From assembly GCA_964016885.1 (NCBI GenBank), contig OZ024743.1, positions 214,830,001 through 214,894,000 on the forward strand: a stretch of DNA of 64,000 nt, written 5' to 3'. The stretch is from Eledone cirrhosa. Its lineage: Eukaryota. Numbering within the stretch: position 1 is the stretch's first letter; each line of letters opens with the position of its first letter. The notes under the pieces are model-generated. The model ran no database searches, was not told the origin of the DNA, and worked only from the letters and a program-made list of their open reading frames with translations. The position numbers were made by a program, and so were the translations under genes. This document shows positions 43,073 through 59,780 of this stretch, in pieces.

Positions 43073-44169
43073 CTCTTGATTTGGCCAGAGATAAATATTT
43101 CCAAATACCTTTTAAGTCTAACTTTCCGTATTTATTATTACTATGAAATATTGATTGTTGTTCTGGTATCATATATCTGTGTTTAGCCTAAGAAAATACC
43201 TTTTATGCGTGTATAAATAATACATGCATATATTTATTTTTTTTTAAATCTAATTGAGTTCTTCACACGCAAGGTTAAAATTATTGAAAATATTAATTGA
43301 CCCGCGTGTATATTATTTTACTTTCTTATGTTTCGCGATGACCTCCCCTTTCCGCTTGATGACAGTGGGAAATTTCTCATTCTGAGACTGTTGGAATTTC
43401 AAATTTGGCGGTTATTCTGATACGGAGAGGGACCATCGCTAACATTAGATTGGATATCGGTAAGAAGGTTTTTTTTTATATCGATGTTTGACGGGCATCC
43501 ACTGATGATTTATAAGAGCCCACCTGAATATGTTCCTAAAGAATATGTGCAGGCTTCTACATAACCTGGACACATTTTTCCCAACTTGTAGAAAACTTAT
43601 AATAAAACAATTGTTTGGAAAGGGAGATATATTTTAATTATGTCTCATATAAAATAATACAACTGGCTATCCGCAAAATACATATAGTTAGCACCCCAAA
43701 CGTAAAATTGGGATTATACTAAGGTATATCCTAATGTTTGTTGAGTGAGATGGAAGCCAGTCAGAGTATAGCTTAAAGCTTTCTCTGTTAATGTATTAAA
43801 TATATATATATATACACACACATATGTATATATATACATATATATGAGTGTGTGTGTACATTTATATAATATGCATTCATATAATTCTTTTTAAAAGATA
43901 TCTGAAATCGAACGTGCTTTAACATGTTCTATAAGTAGTGACACTCCATATATTGAGACCTTCTATTAGTTAATGAAATGAAGAAAAAATAGCATTGCCG
44001 ACATCATAAACATGTAATATATTATTACGACCAGTTAACAATAGTTATAACAATCATAACAGACGCAATCAGAAGACCTACAAGATCGACATCAAATCTT
44101 CTTTAAACCGAAAACTCAAGTAGAATGCCGATCCGTAGGAAATTGCTATACATATATATATATATATAT

Positions 44170-45655
44170 TTCGTTTCTGAATTTGTTTAGCAAGATTTTT
44201 TATCTGAAATCGTGTGTTGAAACCGATATTGTTATACTTTGGGAGGGTCATGTTGCCAATAAGAAACACACGCACCAGTTGCTTTCACTTCAATTTATTA
44301 TAAATTTATAAATTTATAAATTTATAAATTTCTGGTTGGTTCCACAACCAGATAGTTGTTTATATACAGTCATAGTTCTTTCGTCACACACTCTGTGACC
44401 TCTTCAGTGACTGGGAATTCCTTTCTTTGTTTCTGTGCCTCTCCTTTGTTCTGTCCTACGCCATTTTGTTTCTGTGTGTGTGTTGTGTGCTCAGTCTGCG
44501 CATGCGCCACATCCGGGTGTCTGTGTGTGTTTATGTTCATTTATTTATTTGTTTATTTACATGTTACTGGTTGGTTGTTTGTTCTATGTCTGTGTGTGTT
44601 TTCATTAATTGTAAGTTGTGATGTTGCTGTTCCACTCATATTTTCTATTTAATTTTGGTTGTAATTCTTTTATGTTTATTGCCTCTGTAATTTGTCTAAA
44701 CATTGCGTCTTTTCTGTGTGTAGATTCTATTTTTATTTCTATGTTCTTTAATTTACCCTTGTGTTCTATTTTAGCATGTTGGTAGAGTACAGATGATTCT
44801 TTATTATCTTGAAGGTCTCGCCAGTGTTCATTTATACGTTCCCCTACACTACGAGCTGTCTCACCTATGTACACTATATTTTTGTCTCTACATTGTTCTT
44901 CAGTACATCTTATGCTATACACTACATTTCTAGTTTTACAGTTAATATGGGGGCTTATTTTACAGGTTATACCTTTCTTATCTATACATGAGGATCTTTG
45001 AAAAGGGTATGTCTTGATAATAAGTGTTTTTACGGAGGTACCTGGTCTTTCTACTATCTTAATATTGAGTTTATGTTTATTTAGGGCCCTTCTAAATTTG
45101 TAAGCTAATTCACCTCTAGGGGTTTTATTGATGAACATTACACTCTGGTATTTATTGCTATCATACCATGAGTTTATTCTATTAGCCTTGTTCCTAGTTC
45201 TTTCTATTCTATTCCAAAATGTGCTCCTATACTAGGGCAGGTCCCATTTATGTCATTATTTACCATTTTTTCCCATTTGGTTCTGGCTCCTCTATACACT
45301 CTGATTTTATCTCTCTGATTGTAGCCAGAGAACTGCATACGGTGGATGAAGTGTTGTATGTGTCTCTCTAGTTCTTCGGGGTTGCACATGCGGGACAGAA
45401 TTCTCATCACCCGTACCGAATCCGCAATCAGTATGTTGATTTTGGTATGGTCCGAAATAGCCGAGTTTCGGTGGATCAGATGTTTGGAAGTCATGGGTTT
45501 GGCATAATGGGAATGGAGGATTGTGGAACCAACCAACCAACCAGAGATTTATAAATTTATAAATTTATAAATTTATAAATATATAATAAATTGAAGTGAA
45601 ACTTCTGGTGCATGTGTTTCTTATTGGCAACATGACCCTCCCAAAGTATAACTAT
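44170..45655 (-). mobile_element. 5'-truncated Nematis-like PLE with inverted pLTR end
   Basis: ORF remnants 45204-45536 and 44605-45138 (ILHSHYAKPM, RMQFSGY, NVVYSIRC, YIGETARS, PKLNRKYEW); 45522-45655 is the reverse complement of ~44231-44346. Confidence 0.9.
44367..44413 (-). ncRNA. Type I hammerhead in PLE pLTR
   Basis: CAGUCA-CUGAAGA-G-GUCACA-GAGUG-UGUGAC-GAAAGAACUA-UGACUG; perfect 6-bp stems I and II. Confidence 0.85.
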
Positions 45656-45676
45656 ATATATATATATATATATATA

Positions 45677-46633
45677 ATGAAAAATTGAACAGGGACAGAA
45701 CAGAGAGGCAGTACGACAAAGGTTTATTAAATTCACGCTCAGGAGAGTGGGGGGGTAGGTGGGTGACGACGTTTCGGGCATAAGCCCTTCTTCAGGTGAG
45801 AGTTCAAAAGGTGTGTAGGGGAGCGGTGGAGAGACATATAGCGAAAGGAAACGGTGCGAATGAAAAATTAACAAATAAAGACAAAAATATAATAAATAAT
45901 AAATAAAAATAAAGCATGATCTAAACACAAGGAATGAGAAAATTTAAAAATAAAGGCATGATCAAAATAAACTGAAATTAAAAGGGGGGTAAACAGGTGG
46001 TGGAAGGGTGTGGGGTGAGTAGAGGTGGTGGCGGGTGGAGTGGGGAGAGGGAGACAGGGTGTCCGAGCGGGGAGGGCTGAAGGTGGTGTGTGTGGTTAGG
46101 TGTGCGTATGTGTGTGTGTGTGTGTGTGTGAAAGTGAGGGTTGGGCGAAGAACGGGGTTGCATGTTCAGGAAGGTGTGTGTGGGGGGTGTTTTTGTGGGT
46201 CGGAGGGTCTGTGCCTGTGTGGATAGCGGGGTGGGGGGAGAGGAATCAGGGGGCTGCGGGTGTAAATATGTGGTGGGAAGCACGTGTGTGTGGTTTAAGC
46301 GTGTTGTGGGTGTGGGTGGCGTGTGGATAAAAAAATTTGTTTTGGGGTGTGTGTGTGTGGGTGAGTTATATAGGTGGTGGTGTAAGAGGGTGGTTGAAAA
46401 GTGGTAAGTTACACGGATGTATGGAGATTTTGGTGAGAAGTCAAAACGCGTATGGGTAATCCAAGAAGCGGTGGTCGGAAGAGGAGAGAGGTGGGGTGCG
46501 CGCGCAACAGGAAGTGGTCAGCAGTGGAAGTGCTGTGGTCAGTTGGTGCTGAGACAGTGGTCGGAAGGGCATAGCAGCAGTCGGCGGAATGGTAGGGAGG
46601 CGAGGATGGGTAGGAGTGAGAGTTGGAGTGAGG

Positions 46634-46680
<47 letters not shown>

Positions 46681-47358
46681 GTGGGGTGTTAGTGGGATGA
46701 GTGAGTGTGGAGCGGGGAGAGAAGAGTGTGTGTGGTTCTATGGAGGGAGTGTGGTGTACTGGTGTGTGTGTAGTTTGGTGAAGAGGTGTTAGTGGGTGTT
46801 AATATACGGGAGGTGGGGAGGGGTGGAATGCAGGTGTGAGTGGGGGTTAGTGGGGGTAGGGTGTGTAGAGTTGGTGGTGTACGAGGGTTTGTGGGTACGT
46901 GTGCGTGGGGTTGGAGGGTGTTAGTGATGTTAGTTGCGTGATGGTGGGTGGTGTAAGTGGGTGCGTGTGTGCGTGTGATAAGGAGGGGGAGGAGGAGAAG
47001 AGGGTAGGGAAGGGATGTTAGTATGTTAGTTGGGGAAGGGTGGTCAGATGAGGGGTGGAGTGGAGGTGTTAGTATTGTTAGTGTGGGGTGGGCGGTGCAA
47101 AGGAGGGGTGTGTTAGTGGTGTTAGTGGGGGATAAGTCTGGGGGGAGGGGGGCGGTCGAACGCTAAAGGAATAAGGGTGGGGAGTTCAGGCCGGGGGGGA
47201 GTGTGGGTCTGTAAGATGAAGATAGTACGTTGTTCGACCGTAAGGCGATGGGCGGGTGTTCCGTGGCACTGGAGTAGGCCACAGACTGTGAGATGGCGTG
47301 CGGAGTGTCCAGGGCCACCAAAGTGGCGGGCGATGGGGGAACTGCCCCCGAGACGAAT
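45677..47358 (-). mobile_element. Second Neptune-like PLE 3' fragment
   Basis: Colinear with 5075-6850; identical HHR core at 45766-45797; GIY-YIG tail ..PIARHF..EQRTIF..PGLN. Confidence 0.85.
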
Positions 47359-48749
47359 ATATATATATATATAGTAATAATATATATATATATATATATA
47401 TAGTAATAATAATAAATGTCAAGACTAAAATCCAAAGAGAGCTCTATAAGGACTAATATATAAGGACTAATATATATCAAATATATAAGGACTAATATAT
47501 ATCAAATATATAAGGACAATATATATATAATATATAAGAACCGTAGAGCAACTCTTTATTAAAATAACAGATTAAAGTTTAAGCAAAGAATCGCTGCTTT
47601 CACCCGTAACGGGATCTTCTGAAACTAACAAAGTCAATCTGTAAACGTAGAAGTGGATATTTCAGAAAACGTTGCAACCGGAGTAAGACAGGAAGACGAT
47701 ACTTTGGTTCGTCGAAACGTTCGCTGGCAAAGAACGGGAAAAAACGAATAAGATACGTCATTAATAGGAGCGGTGAAAAACAATTACGCGCAAAGACAGA
47801 ACCACGTTTACGGTATAAAAGAGGTCGTAGACTAATGTTCTCTTAGGTGGTTCATAGAGACGTTCTCTGGCAATGAACGAAAAAAAACGAAGATAATACG
47901 TCATATGTGATGCGTGGAGAACAATAGCACGCAAAGACAAAACCACATAAATGGTATAGCAGAAGTCGTAGACTAAAATTCTGACTAGGAGACCGAATGA
48001 ATCTCCGCTACAGAGTTAAGAACAAAGTAAATAAATACAATACAGAAGTAATAGAAATAAAATAAATACATACACGCAAACAAATACGCACATACACAAG
48101 CATACGCAAAACACTTACCATAGGTATACAAAACCACGTACATATAAATATGTGTGTGTGTGAATGCGTGTATACAAATAAATAAATAATTATATAAACG
48201 AATATAAATACATAAATACGTATATAACAAGTGCACACACATACCTACATGTAAATACCCGAATGTTCGGAGACGTAAGTCAACCAAAACATGAAGTACA
48301 CAAATTTTGAATTCGTGTTTCGCGGGGGCCACTTCAGAAAATATTCTGTCCTAGCGAGTTTGTCTCCTGACGAGTTCGAAGCTCGAGATTTATCCTTAAT
48401 AGGAAATCTCAAATTGAGAATGAAACCCAAGTGTACGGACATAATCCTGGTATGTAATTAAGCATTTCTAACTTTAATGTTATACCTAATTGTGTATGGT
48501 TGACCGTATATTTAATTAGTTTCCACGTGCTGTTGAAATGTTGGGTAAATATTCTATAGCGTTTGGCCGCGAAGAGGCTGCTATCGTTTATTTATTTACT
48601 GTTTCTTCATAGGTGCCTTTTCATTTCATAGCCTGGTCTAATTGATTTTGTTTGTGGTTAATTATGCTAATTAGGAGAGGAAATGATATATATATATTAT
48701 AAAATGATTCTATGGACATATTTTATAGTATATATATATATATATATAC

Positions 48750-50797
<2,048 letters not shown>

Positions 50798-50823
50798 TTC
50801 ATATATATATATGTGTATATACA

Positions 50824-50894
<71 letters not shown>

Positions 50895-52077
50895 ATACCC
50901 CTTCAGTGGCGCCAACCGGTTTCGGCATGTATATCACACACAATTTCAGTTATCCATTTCTGTGTTACCGGAGCTTTGTGTGTTGGTGCAGTCTTGCTGA
51001 AGCTCATAAGGCGTTTCATTAAATTGACTACCTAGGGCTTAACAATTGAATGGGGGCGAGTTATAGAGAGTCAGATATATATAAATGTAAAGAAGAATGA
51101 TTTAGTGAATGAAGGATATGCAGGAAAAAAAATTGAAAGAGAAATCCGTGATAAATATCTCAGCGCGGACGATTTATAGAGAGTCCGTTATATTCACAGT
51201 GCTTCAGCTGTTTTGGTCCGTGGAGTTGCAGCCGGGTGCACCTCACGGGCTGTCCATCGCTATATGAGGCAGGGTGGGACCTAGAAAGAGATCTGCCCTC
51301 CGGGGTGTAGCATGGAGAATAAGAAGTAGTTGTTGCTTTTGGTTCCCTCATTAATCCGTTCGAAAGTTGTTGCATAGTAAATTTCCGTCATCGTTAGGTG
51401 TGTCCACCAGTTGCGGTATCCCGTGGTGTAGTCCGCCTTACTTCATCAGATTGGATTGTATGAAAAAGCACTCAACATTCGGTTTAAATACTTTAAAGAA
51501 TGTTTCGCTGGTGGATAGGGTTCGAGATGTGAAACCTTTAATATTTTCTATAAGTTATGTTAACCATAGCAGTAGGTAACTTTCTGAGTTTGGAGATTAT
51601 TGTCTGTATATTATGCCGCCATAAACAGGTAGCGGGTACGAATGCACTACATTCTGCTTGCTTCCAAAGCTAGCAGTAAATACATTTTTGGTGGCCTGAA
51701 CCCCACTGACCGTATAGAGTTGTCGGCCGAGGTGCTGGAGACTGGTAGAGAGAGAGAACAAATAAGGTTGCTGCTATTCTCGGTTGTAGTTGGGTGGTCA
51801 ACCACCCACAACCCTCTGACTAAGCAGGGCTATCGGGATGTCCTGAAAATTAACAGGGAGTGGACACTGAAAGAAAAACATACACCTTTTTTAGTCCGTT
51901 CCCTCCACCCAAAGTTGCCTCAGAAATGTTACCTTTTCATCAATTTTTGCTGTCTGAAGAAATCATGATATCTATCATCATTGAAATATGTATAACGGCT
52001 CAATTAATAAAGTACCCCAACATCTTCAACCTCGCATTTCCTGTCTCTCTTTCTCTTTCTTTCTCTCTCTCTCTCTC

Positions 52078-52189
<112 letters not shown>

Positions 52190-52886
52190 AGTATATTTAT
52201 GTATATATTATGTATTTAATTTGGCTAAATAAATTGAAATCAGATTATGGAGTTAAGAATGAAAAAATAACCACGTTGTTCCATGACATCCAATTTTTGC
52301 TTAGAGAAAAACATATTTGGACACAAAAGTGCGTTCGTCTTTACACACTAAAAGTAATATGATTTGAAATACTAACAGAACATATGTGGTATAATTATAC
52401 TCTTCATAAATTCTCAGAAAATGAGAATGCAATCATAATCTAAGATTTAATGTTGTTATCAATGATGTCAAGAAAGGAAGAGCTTCCTAATCAAAGTACT
52501 AATCCGAACAGTCGACTGTGACTCTATAAAGGACATATATATTATTCAATTCTACATACCTGGAAATTGAGAACACACTGTGAAGATGGATTAATATTAT
52601 CAACTGCCGTATACTATGATTCATGATGTGGTGGCATTTGCAGATTATAAAATTAAGTAAAACAAATAATTTAAATATTAATTATATAAGACACTAAACA
52701 CACACAGACGAATTTATATCCAAAACGATAGGTCGTACAATGCACGTGTCTTGTTTCGCTTTCTGAAAATAAGCAAAGCTTGAAATATGAGGTAAAATGC
52801 CGCTTTGAACGATCATTTTATAATACTCATGCATACATACACACACATACACAGACAGACACAGAGACACACAAACACTCACATAG

Positions 52887-52943
<57 letters not shown>

Positions 52944-52948
<5 letters not shown>

Positions 52949-53128
52949 GGGCATCTACAGGGCTAGAACTGTTTCATTCGTGAGAAATCATCAGGATTTC
53001 CCGATGATTTCTCACGGATGAAACAGTTCTAGTCCTGTGGAAGCTCTTCTATATTAAAACCTTTATACTCTGCTATGTATTAAGTACCCTACTTACTGAC
53101 GTTACCTCCGATTCAACCCGGAATATCT

Positions 53129-53130
<2 letters not shown>
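52944..53130. mobile_element. Miniature pLTR fold-back centred just 5' of a hammerhead core
   Basis: Left arm (minus) CTGATGATTTCTCACGAATGAAACAG; right arm CCGATGATTTCTCACGGATGAAACAG; tail contains GTATTAAGTAC. Confidence 0.75.
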
Positions 53131-53566
<436 letters not shown>

Positions 53567-56500
53567 TTCCGTTGCTCCTCTATCCTAAACCAATAATAGT
53601 TGGGGGTATAACCATGATGGACTGGCGCCATGTTCAGGTAGTAGTCTTGCACTCTCAGGCACTTCACCCCACGGAAAGTGGGATAAGCATGGGCCTGATG
53701 TACATCCAGGTTCGAGGTAGGCATTAGACTATAGATGTATATACAATATTTTTTATGTTAACAGGACTTATTATACCTACCAACTATAATGTGTGGATTT
53801 ATAGAATTGTGTTATTTGTATAGAAATGTATATTCTGTGAAATGTTGATGGTGTGGTATATTCAAATTTGTAAACTTTTAGTGGAGTCGCATATTCAATA
53901 TGAGGAATGCTGCGGGTTCTCTGATAATCACATTTTATGGATAGGAATAGTATCTCATATTTTCGGTAATGGAAGTAATAAACTAGTATTTTAATGACGT
54001 AGTCTTGGTACAAATAATGTTTTAGCAAACATTGGTATTAACGTGAAGTCACATAACAATAAGCCCATGGCTTCTTAAGAGGACAGGCTATATTTATGTT
54101 GTATAAGAAATTACTTGAGCGGCGCGATATATTATGGGCTCCGACGGAAGAAACAGACATTTGTTACTACAGAGGGGTTTAGTAATTACTACACTGACCT
54201 ATTGATTCTTCTCTTTAGATAATAATTACAAACTAAATATTAAGCCAAAAATATTTATATTTTTGTTTGACTCATGATCGTACAATCTTGCTGGCCAGTG
54301 GAATACAGTAGAGAGAAAAGAAGACATGCAATGAAATGTATAAATGAAATATTCTTCTTAAGTTTTATTATCTCTTTTTCCCTCGTGTAGATAGTGAAAA
54401 TGAAGTAAAATTATCAACTGGCTTATTCTATGATATTTAATACCTATGACTCAGCTACATTGGCAATTTTCAATAGCAAGTCATCAAATTACAAACGCCT
54501 TTTTTTGGCATTTATTATTACTAATTTCACACGTGACATTCGTCAATCTTTACGATATAATTTAAATTATTTTCATGTTACTAATATCCAATGAGTCAGC
54601 AAGTTTCGGATGTCTAATATGCTATAGATTATCTCTTCAGGGATTTCGATTTCGTTATTTATTCTAGCAGATTGTCGTGTTCATATTTGGAAAGGAAATG
54701 CTAAAAATAACTTGTAGTAAACAACCTCTTGTTAAGATTAATTCTTCAACAAAAAAATTCTTCAACAAAAAAATTCTTTAATTTTATATCATAAAGCTGG
54801 AACAAATTATAACAGAACAAATATTTCATCAGTAGTATCGATTTATGTTTGCATTTGCTATGATGACTTTCTGAATACTGAAATATTCAAAGGAGAAAAC
54901 ATGTTATAGAAAAAAACGTAAAGGATCATATTCCATAACAAAATGAAACAAATGAATTTAAGAGTGATATACTGACAAGGCCTGTTCATAGATCATTTAG
55001 TAATCTGCGAATGTGTCTTAAAGCCAATTTAGTTTGCTTAAACACGAATGTTCTTGAGAAAAGCATAATCATTACAAACTGACAACATCAAAATTACAAA
55101 TGGAGAAAATTCTGAATTATTATATGTTCAGTATAGTTGAAGACACGATTTTGCAAAATATAATATACTGTCCTATCCACAAATTATTATTTAATAAAGG
55201 CCTTTAACCTATTTACTACAGATCTATCATTAAAATATTTGAAGAACCCGTGAAGTTTTAGATACGTGGGTAAGAAAAAACATTTATAACTTTGATTCAC
55301 TCCATAAAAATCGAATTAAAATTATCATCCATTTGTTTATTCATATGTAATTTTTGTGAAAATGTGTGTGCCTGTGTATGTGTGTGTTAGTGTGAAAGTG
55401 TTTAAAGCTGAACTGACTAGATATATAATTATCGTAAGGCTCATATTCACACAACGGAAACATGTGGTCTTACATACATATAACACATACTACCTAGGAG
55501 CTATATTTCCACATGTTGACATAAATATGTGTACTTCATATGCATTACAAACCTATCCTTAAATGAGCTATTATGCGTCATACTTCAAGATGTAATTCTT
55601 AAAACTAAATATGCTCACTTAAGGTGTCGGTTTATTAAGCCTAAGCTCTGAAAACATTGTAATTATTGAATTGATGAATAATATATCCATAACTAAGATA
55701 TTCCGGACAATGGAATATGAGGAATTTGCAAAAACCGGCCTTTGTACTATAATTTTCATGTCGGTATTATATCCCATGTAAACTCTTCTCAGTTGCATGC
55801 AACCTAAGAAACCATATTTCAATATGGTATTATATTATATTACCTACTCAAAGTAGTGTAATTCACTATGTCACCCGAACGAAAACAAAAAGGAATGTTT
55901 CTAGAGCTGTATAGTTAGCATTCTGTAACGGGAGAAATCAGGCTAAAATTATTCGGTCGTAGATAGTGTCCAGAATATGTTCAGTAGAAATGTTGTCATG
56001 GAGTGCCTAGCTATCAAGGAAATAATTAAGTGGATAATGGGTTCTTACAGGTTCAAATTCAGTGCTGCTGGGAATAGGTACCTGATTAGTGTGTTTCAAA
56101 AACGGAACACATTTGAACGATGTCTCTGCTACCCAAAATTATATCTATCTTGAATTCGTATCTGTTGTCAATGTGCATTTTATACTTGATAAACATTTAC
56201 TTACAACAAACATATATAAATTACCATTCCATATATCTCCATCAATGGATTCCTAAATCTATATTCGCCCGCAAATATATCGTGAGAACTTTAAATATTT
56301 GATAACTAATGTAATTCGAATAGACATATTACGTAAACATTTCTATGACTCGTCCTGTTATAAACAGGTACTCTATTTCTGCTAGATTGGATTCCGTCAT
56401 TGCTAAATACTTCAGCATAAAATATCATGTCGTTTAGGCACAAATTTTATTTCCCACAATCAGGTACATATATATGCATCCATTTATATACAAATACCTA

Positions 56501-56859
56501 TATATCTTTCTTCCATTTCATGTTTGCTACAATGTGCGTTAAACATATTTACAGTTTATGCCCATTTTCTTATTTCACACGGTCCCGTAATGGTAACTAA
56601 AGAGGTGGTTCCAAATGACAACAAGCTAATTCATTATTAAACGTTAGATTAAAAAAAAATTGTCATTAAATTATTATATATTTCCCATTAAAAGTTGCAT
56701 AATTCCAAACGTTAAACCCTCTTTTTCTATTGGCAATTGGTTCAACCATATGAGACATATATATATTTAAGCCTTCTCTTAGGAAGCAAAGGTGTGCTAA
56801 TTGAGCTCTTCGTCGAGATCTGATCCCATAATATAATATAATAATAATAATAATATATA

Positions 56860-57425
56860 TGGTGGTGGCTGCCAACTCGTTTTCGAGTACGGCCACTACT
56901 TTATATCCATGTAGGAGAACCCTATCGATGCGCTGAACGAGTATGACGTTTTAGTCCAGCCAGTGACTTGAAAACTCTGGTACAAACACTACACTTGCGA
57001 CAATTATTGACACATAGTGCTGGGCCCATGGTACCATGTGACGACAAGTGCTGAGAGATCTCCAGATATGAAGCAATGCCTGCGCCGTGAAGCTTTTATA
57101 GTGAGCAAAGGCACTGCACAAAGCCAGTCCCACTCTCTTAATCAAGATGATATTTACCAAAAAGAAGAACAAGTCAACATCATTGGATACCATCAGGGTT
57201 GCAGGTGTTATATCAGAGTTTTCCTTCTCCTAGAATTCTGCCTTGACAAAGGCTAAGGGGTCATCTCTCCCGGTGATTTTGGATGGCCATTGGCTCTTAA
57301 GAGCTCCTTTGCCCTTTGACAGGTTTTGTTTTTAGTCCTGCAGGATGTCCAAAGTCAGCCTCCTCACCAAGAAACCTTGGTGGGGTTGCCAGTTTAGTCG
57401 CCAACGACCCGACCATGAGACAGTA
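56860..57425 (-). mobile_element. Second copy of the bipartite RTE derivative
   Basis: Close reverse complement of 1826-2389 with the same ends. Confidence 0.8.
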
Positions 57426-57461
57426 ATATATATACAATAATATATATACATACTTACATAC

Positions 57462-57496
<35 letters not shown>

Positions 57497-57533
57497 AGAA
57501 GAAATTAAAAGATGGTTATAAAAGTTCCATGTA

Positions 57534-57600
57534 TTTTATTATGCGCATTTCAAAAACAAATATCATCCAGGGACGATATTTGCGTTCACATCAGATAAAA
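57534..57600 (-). ncRNA. Hammerhead with A9>U core change, in a probable inverted pLTR
   Basis: UUUUAU-CUGAUGU-long stem II (GCAAAUAUCGUCC/GGAUGAUAUUUGU)-GAAAUGCGCAUA-AUAAAA. Confidence 0.7.
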
Positions 57601-57789
57601 TAGGGAGACATGATATGAAGCTTTAAAAAAAGACACTTGTGAGCAAGGTAGTGTCTAATCGACATATGATAAATAAATTTAAAAGGATATAGGATATTGG
57701 AAAAAGGAAAGGAAGGGGAGAAGGGTAAGGAAGATGAAGAAAGGAAAAAAGAAAAAAGAAGGAAAGGGTAACGGAGGAAGATTATATGA

Positions 57790-58000
57790 TCAAAGACTGC
57801 TCTCTCAGAACTGATATGGTCCTTAAAAGATAAAAACATTAATTACAAAATTTCTTGGAGAAAAATTTGCAACGCTTCTCCCTATTTTAATGCTTCCCTA
57901 TCCAGAACTTGTAAATTATGCCTAGCGGAAAAAATTACCATTATCCCTAATTTTAACTCAATAATAAATAGTCGCACGGATTTATTTTCGCTTTGTATTT
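57790..58000 (+). pseudogene. Hydra-type PLE GIY-YIG C-terminal fragment (absent from the ORF track)
   Basis: KTALSELIWSLKDKNINYKISW..ASPY..TCKLCLAEK..NSRTDLFSLC, aligning with the end of ORF 33550..34116. Confidence 0.8.
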
Positions 58001-58659
58001 TCGCTTAGGTCTTTTCACGAAGTATATAGCTAATTTACTCTATAATTAGGATTAAAATCTTTTTCTCACACAAATAAATTTCTTTTACACCCTTTTTCTA
58101 CCATATTTCAGTTGATTCTACAAAAGTTCATTCATATGATAACATTTTTGGTCCCCTAATTGTATAATTTTATATTTCTTTTAATCATTTTTTGTAATTT
58201 TTTAATCTTCTAATTCACTATAGCAAATGTTTTTTCTTCTTGGCGATATAACACTCTTTCTTTTAAATAGTTCATCTTTATATCATTTTTTCTCAACATT
58301 ACATTTTAGTAATTTCTACTTCAAATTTATTAATATTAGCATCAGGTGAATTTTGTAAACAAATTTTTGACGTAATGATTTTCTTCCTCTATCTTTTCGT
58401 TTTTCTCTCTTTCCATGCTTGTATAAACTTAAATAATTACATTTTATATTACAATCTATTGAAACAAACTAGGACCCTATATCCTCTTCTAAATCATCTA
58501 ACTTTATTTTCATTCACCTTATCTTTTTACACTTTATTTTATCTTAATAATACTTTTTTAATACATTTTTGGACTTCTTAATAAATATTTCACTATTTAA
58601 ACCCTAAATAAATAGTATACTTAATTTCTATATCTGTAATCATAAGCATCATAAGGATA

Positions 58660-59342
58660 ACGATTAAATGAACACTGGCGCGAGATTCAAGATAGAAAAG
58701 ATTCTTCAGTACTCCACCAACATGCTAAAATAGAACATAAGGGCAAATTAGAGAATATAGAAATACAAATAAAATCTGCAGACAGAAAAGAGGCAATGTT
58801 TAGAGAAATCACAGAAGCAATAAACATAAATGACCTGCAACCAAAATTAAATAGAAAACATGAATGGAATAGTAACATCACAACTTACAATTAAGGATAA
58901 AATTAAAACACACACACATAGAACAAACAACCAACCAGTAACATGTAAATAAATAAAGAAATAAACAAATAAAAACACACAGAGACACCCGGATGTAACA
59001 CATGCGCAAACGAAACACATAACACATAAAAAACAAGATGGCGTAGGACAGAACAAAGGAGAGGTACAAAACAAAGAGAAGAATCCCCAGTCACAGAAGA
59101 GGTCACATAATGTGTGACGAAAGAACTTTGACAATATATGAACAACCGTCCGGTTGTGGAACCAACCTACTAACCGGAAATTTATAAATACTTAAATTTA
59201 TAAATTTAATTTATAATAAATTGGAGTGAAAGCAACTGGTGCGTGTGTTTCCTATTGGCAACATGACCCTGCCAAAGTATAAGCATATCGTTTTCAACAC
59301 ACGTTTTCAGATAAAGAATCTTGCTAAACAAATTCCGAAACG

Positions 59343-59345
<3 letters not shown>
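58660..59345 (+). mobile_element. 3' fragment of the Nematis-like PLE with mutated hammerhead
   Basis: DSSVLHQHAKIEHKGKLENIEI..PKLNRKHEW; reverse complement of ~44170-44830; HHR at 59088-59133 has CAGAAGA. Confidence 0.88.
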
Positions 59346-59438
<93 letters not shown>

Positions 59439-59471
59439 GAAAAGTACGTTTGTTTCTCTGAGCAAAGCAAC

Positions 59472-59780
59472 TGGTTTAGATTGTATCAATGTAATAAGAG
59501 GAGGGGAATGAAGGGGAGAGATCCCTGAATAAAAGAAAAACAAATGACTGAAAGTTACTTTAGCAATTTAATATTCCCAAAATCTTTCGGATAAACCGTC
59601 CATTACCACGGGAGTTCCGTTCGGGGGTCTTCGGTGAACCAACCGAGTTTGATAATGGATGGTTAATCCGAAAGTTGTTTGTAATATTAAATTACTAAGT
59701 TAACTTTCAGTACTTCTTCCTTTCTTTTATTTTTCCTTGTTTCTCAATTCCCTTCTGATTATTATCTTGGCAATCTAACC
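59472..59780. repeat. Old diverged fold-back with HHR-like remnant
   Basis: ACTGAAAGTTA..CTTTCGGAT vs ATCCGAAAG..TAACTTTCAGT; TTGATAATGGAT..ATCCGAAA. Confidence 0.65.

Larger units (their letters stand above)
41568..44147. repeat. Old inverted repeat pair (41568-41866 and 43849-44147)
   Basis: Diverged reverse complements, e.g. AATATATGGAGTGTCACTAC vs GTAGTGACACTCCATATATT; both adjoin CA/TA tracts. Confidence 0.8.

Noticed and set aside
47430-47990. Short AAGGACTAATATAT tandem repeats and a ~140-bp diverged duplication
   Set aside because: Real but uninformative; no ribozyme or coding signal could be supported.
50890-52040. Higher-complexity segment with several short ORFs
   Set aside because: No recognisable protein or RNA motif by eye; needs a BLAST/Dfam search.
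55619-56030. Possible serine-protease-like exon fragments (IIH..LRLNKP; KII..SW)
   Set aside because: The fragments lie in different frames and strands, contain stops, and no catalytic motifs were found.
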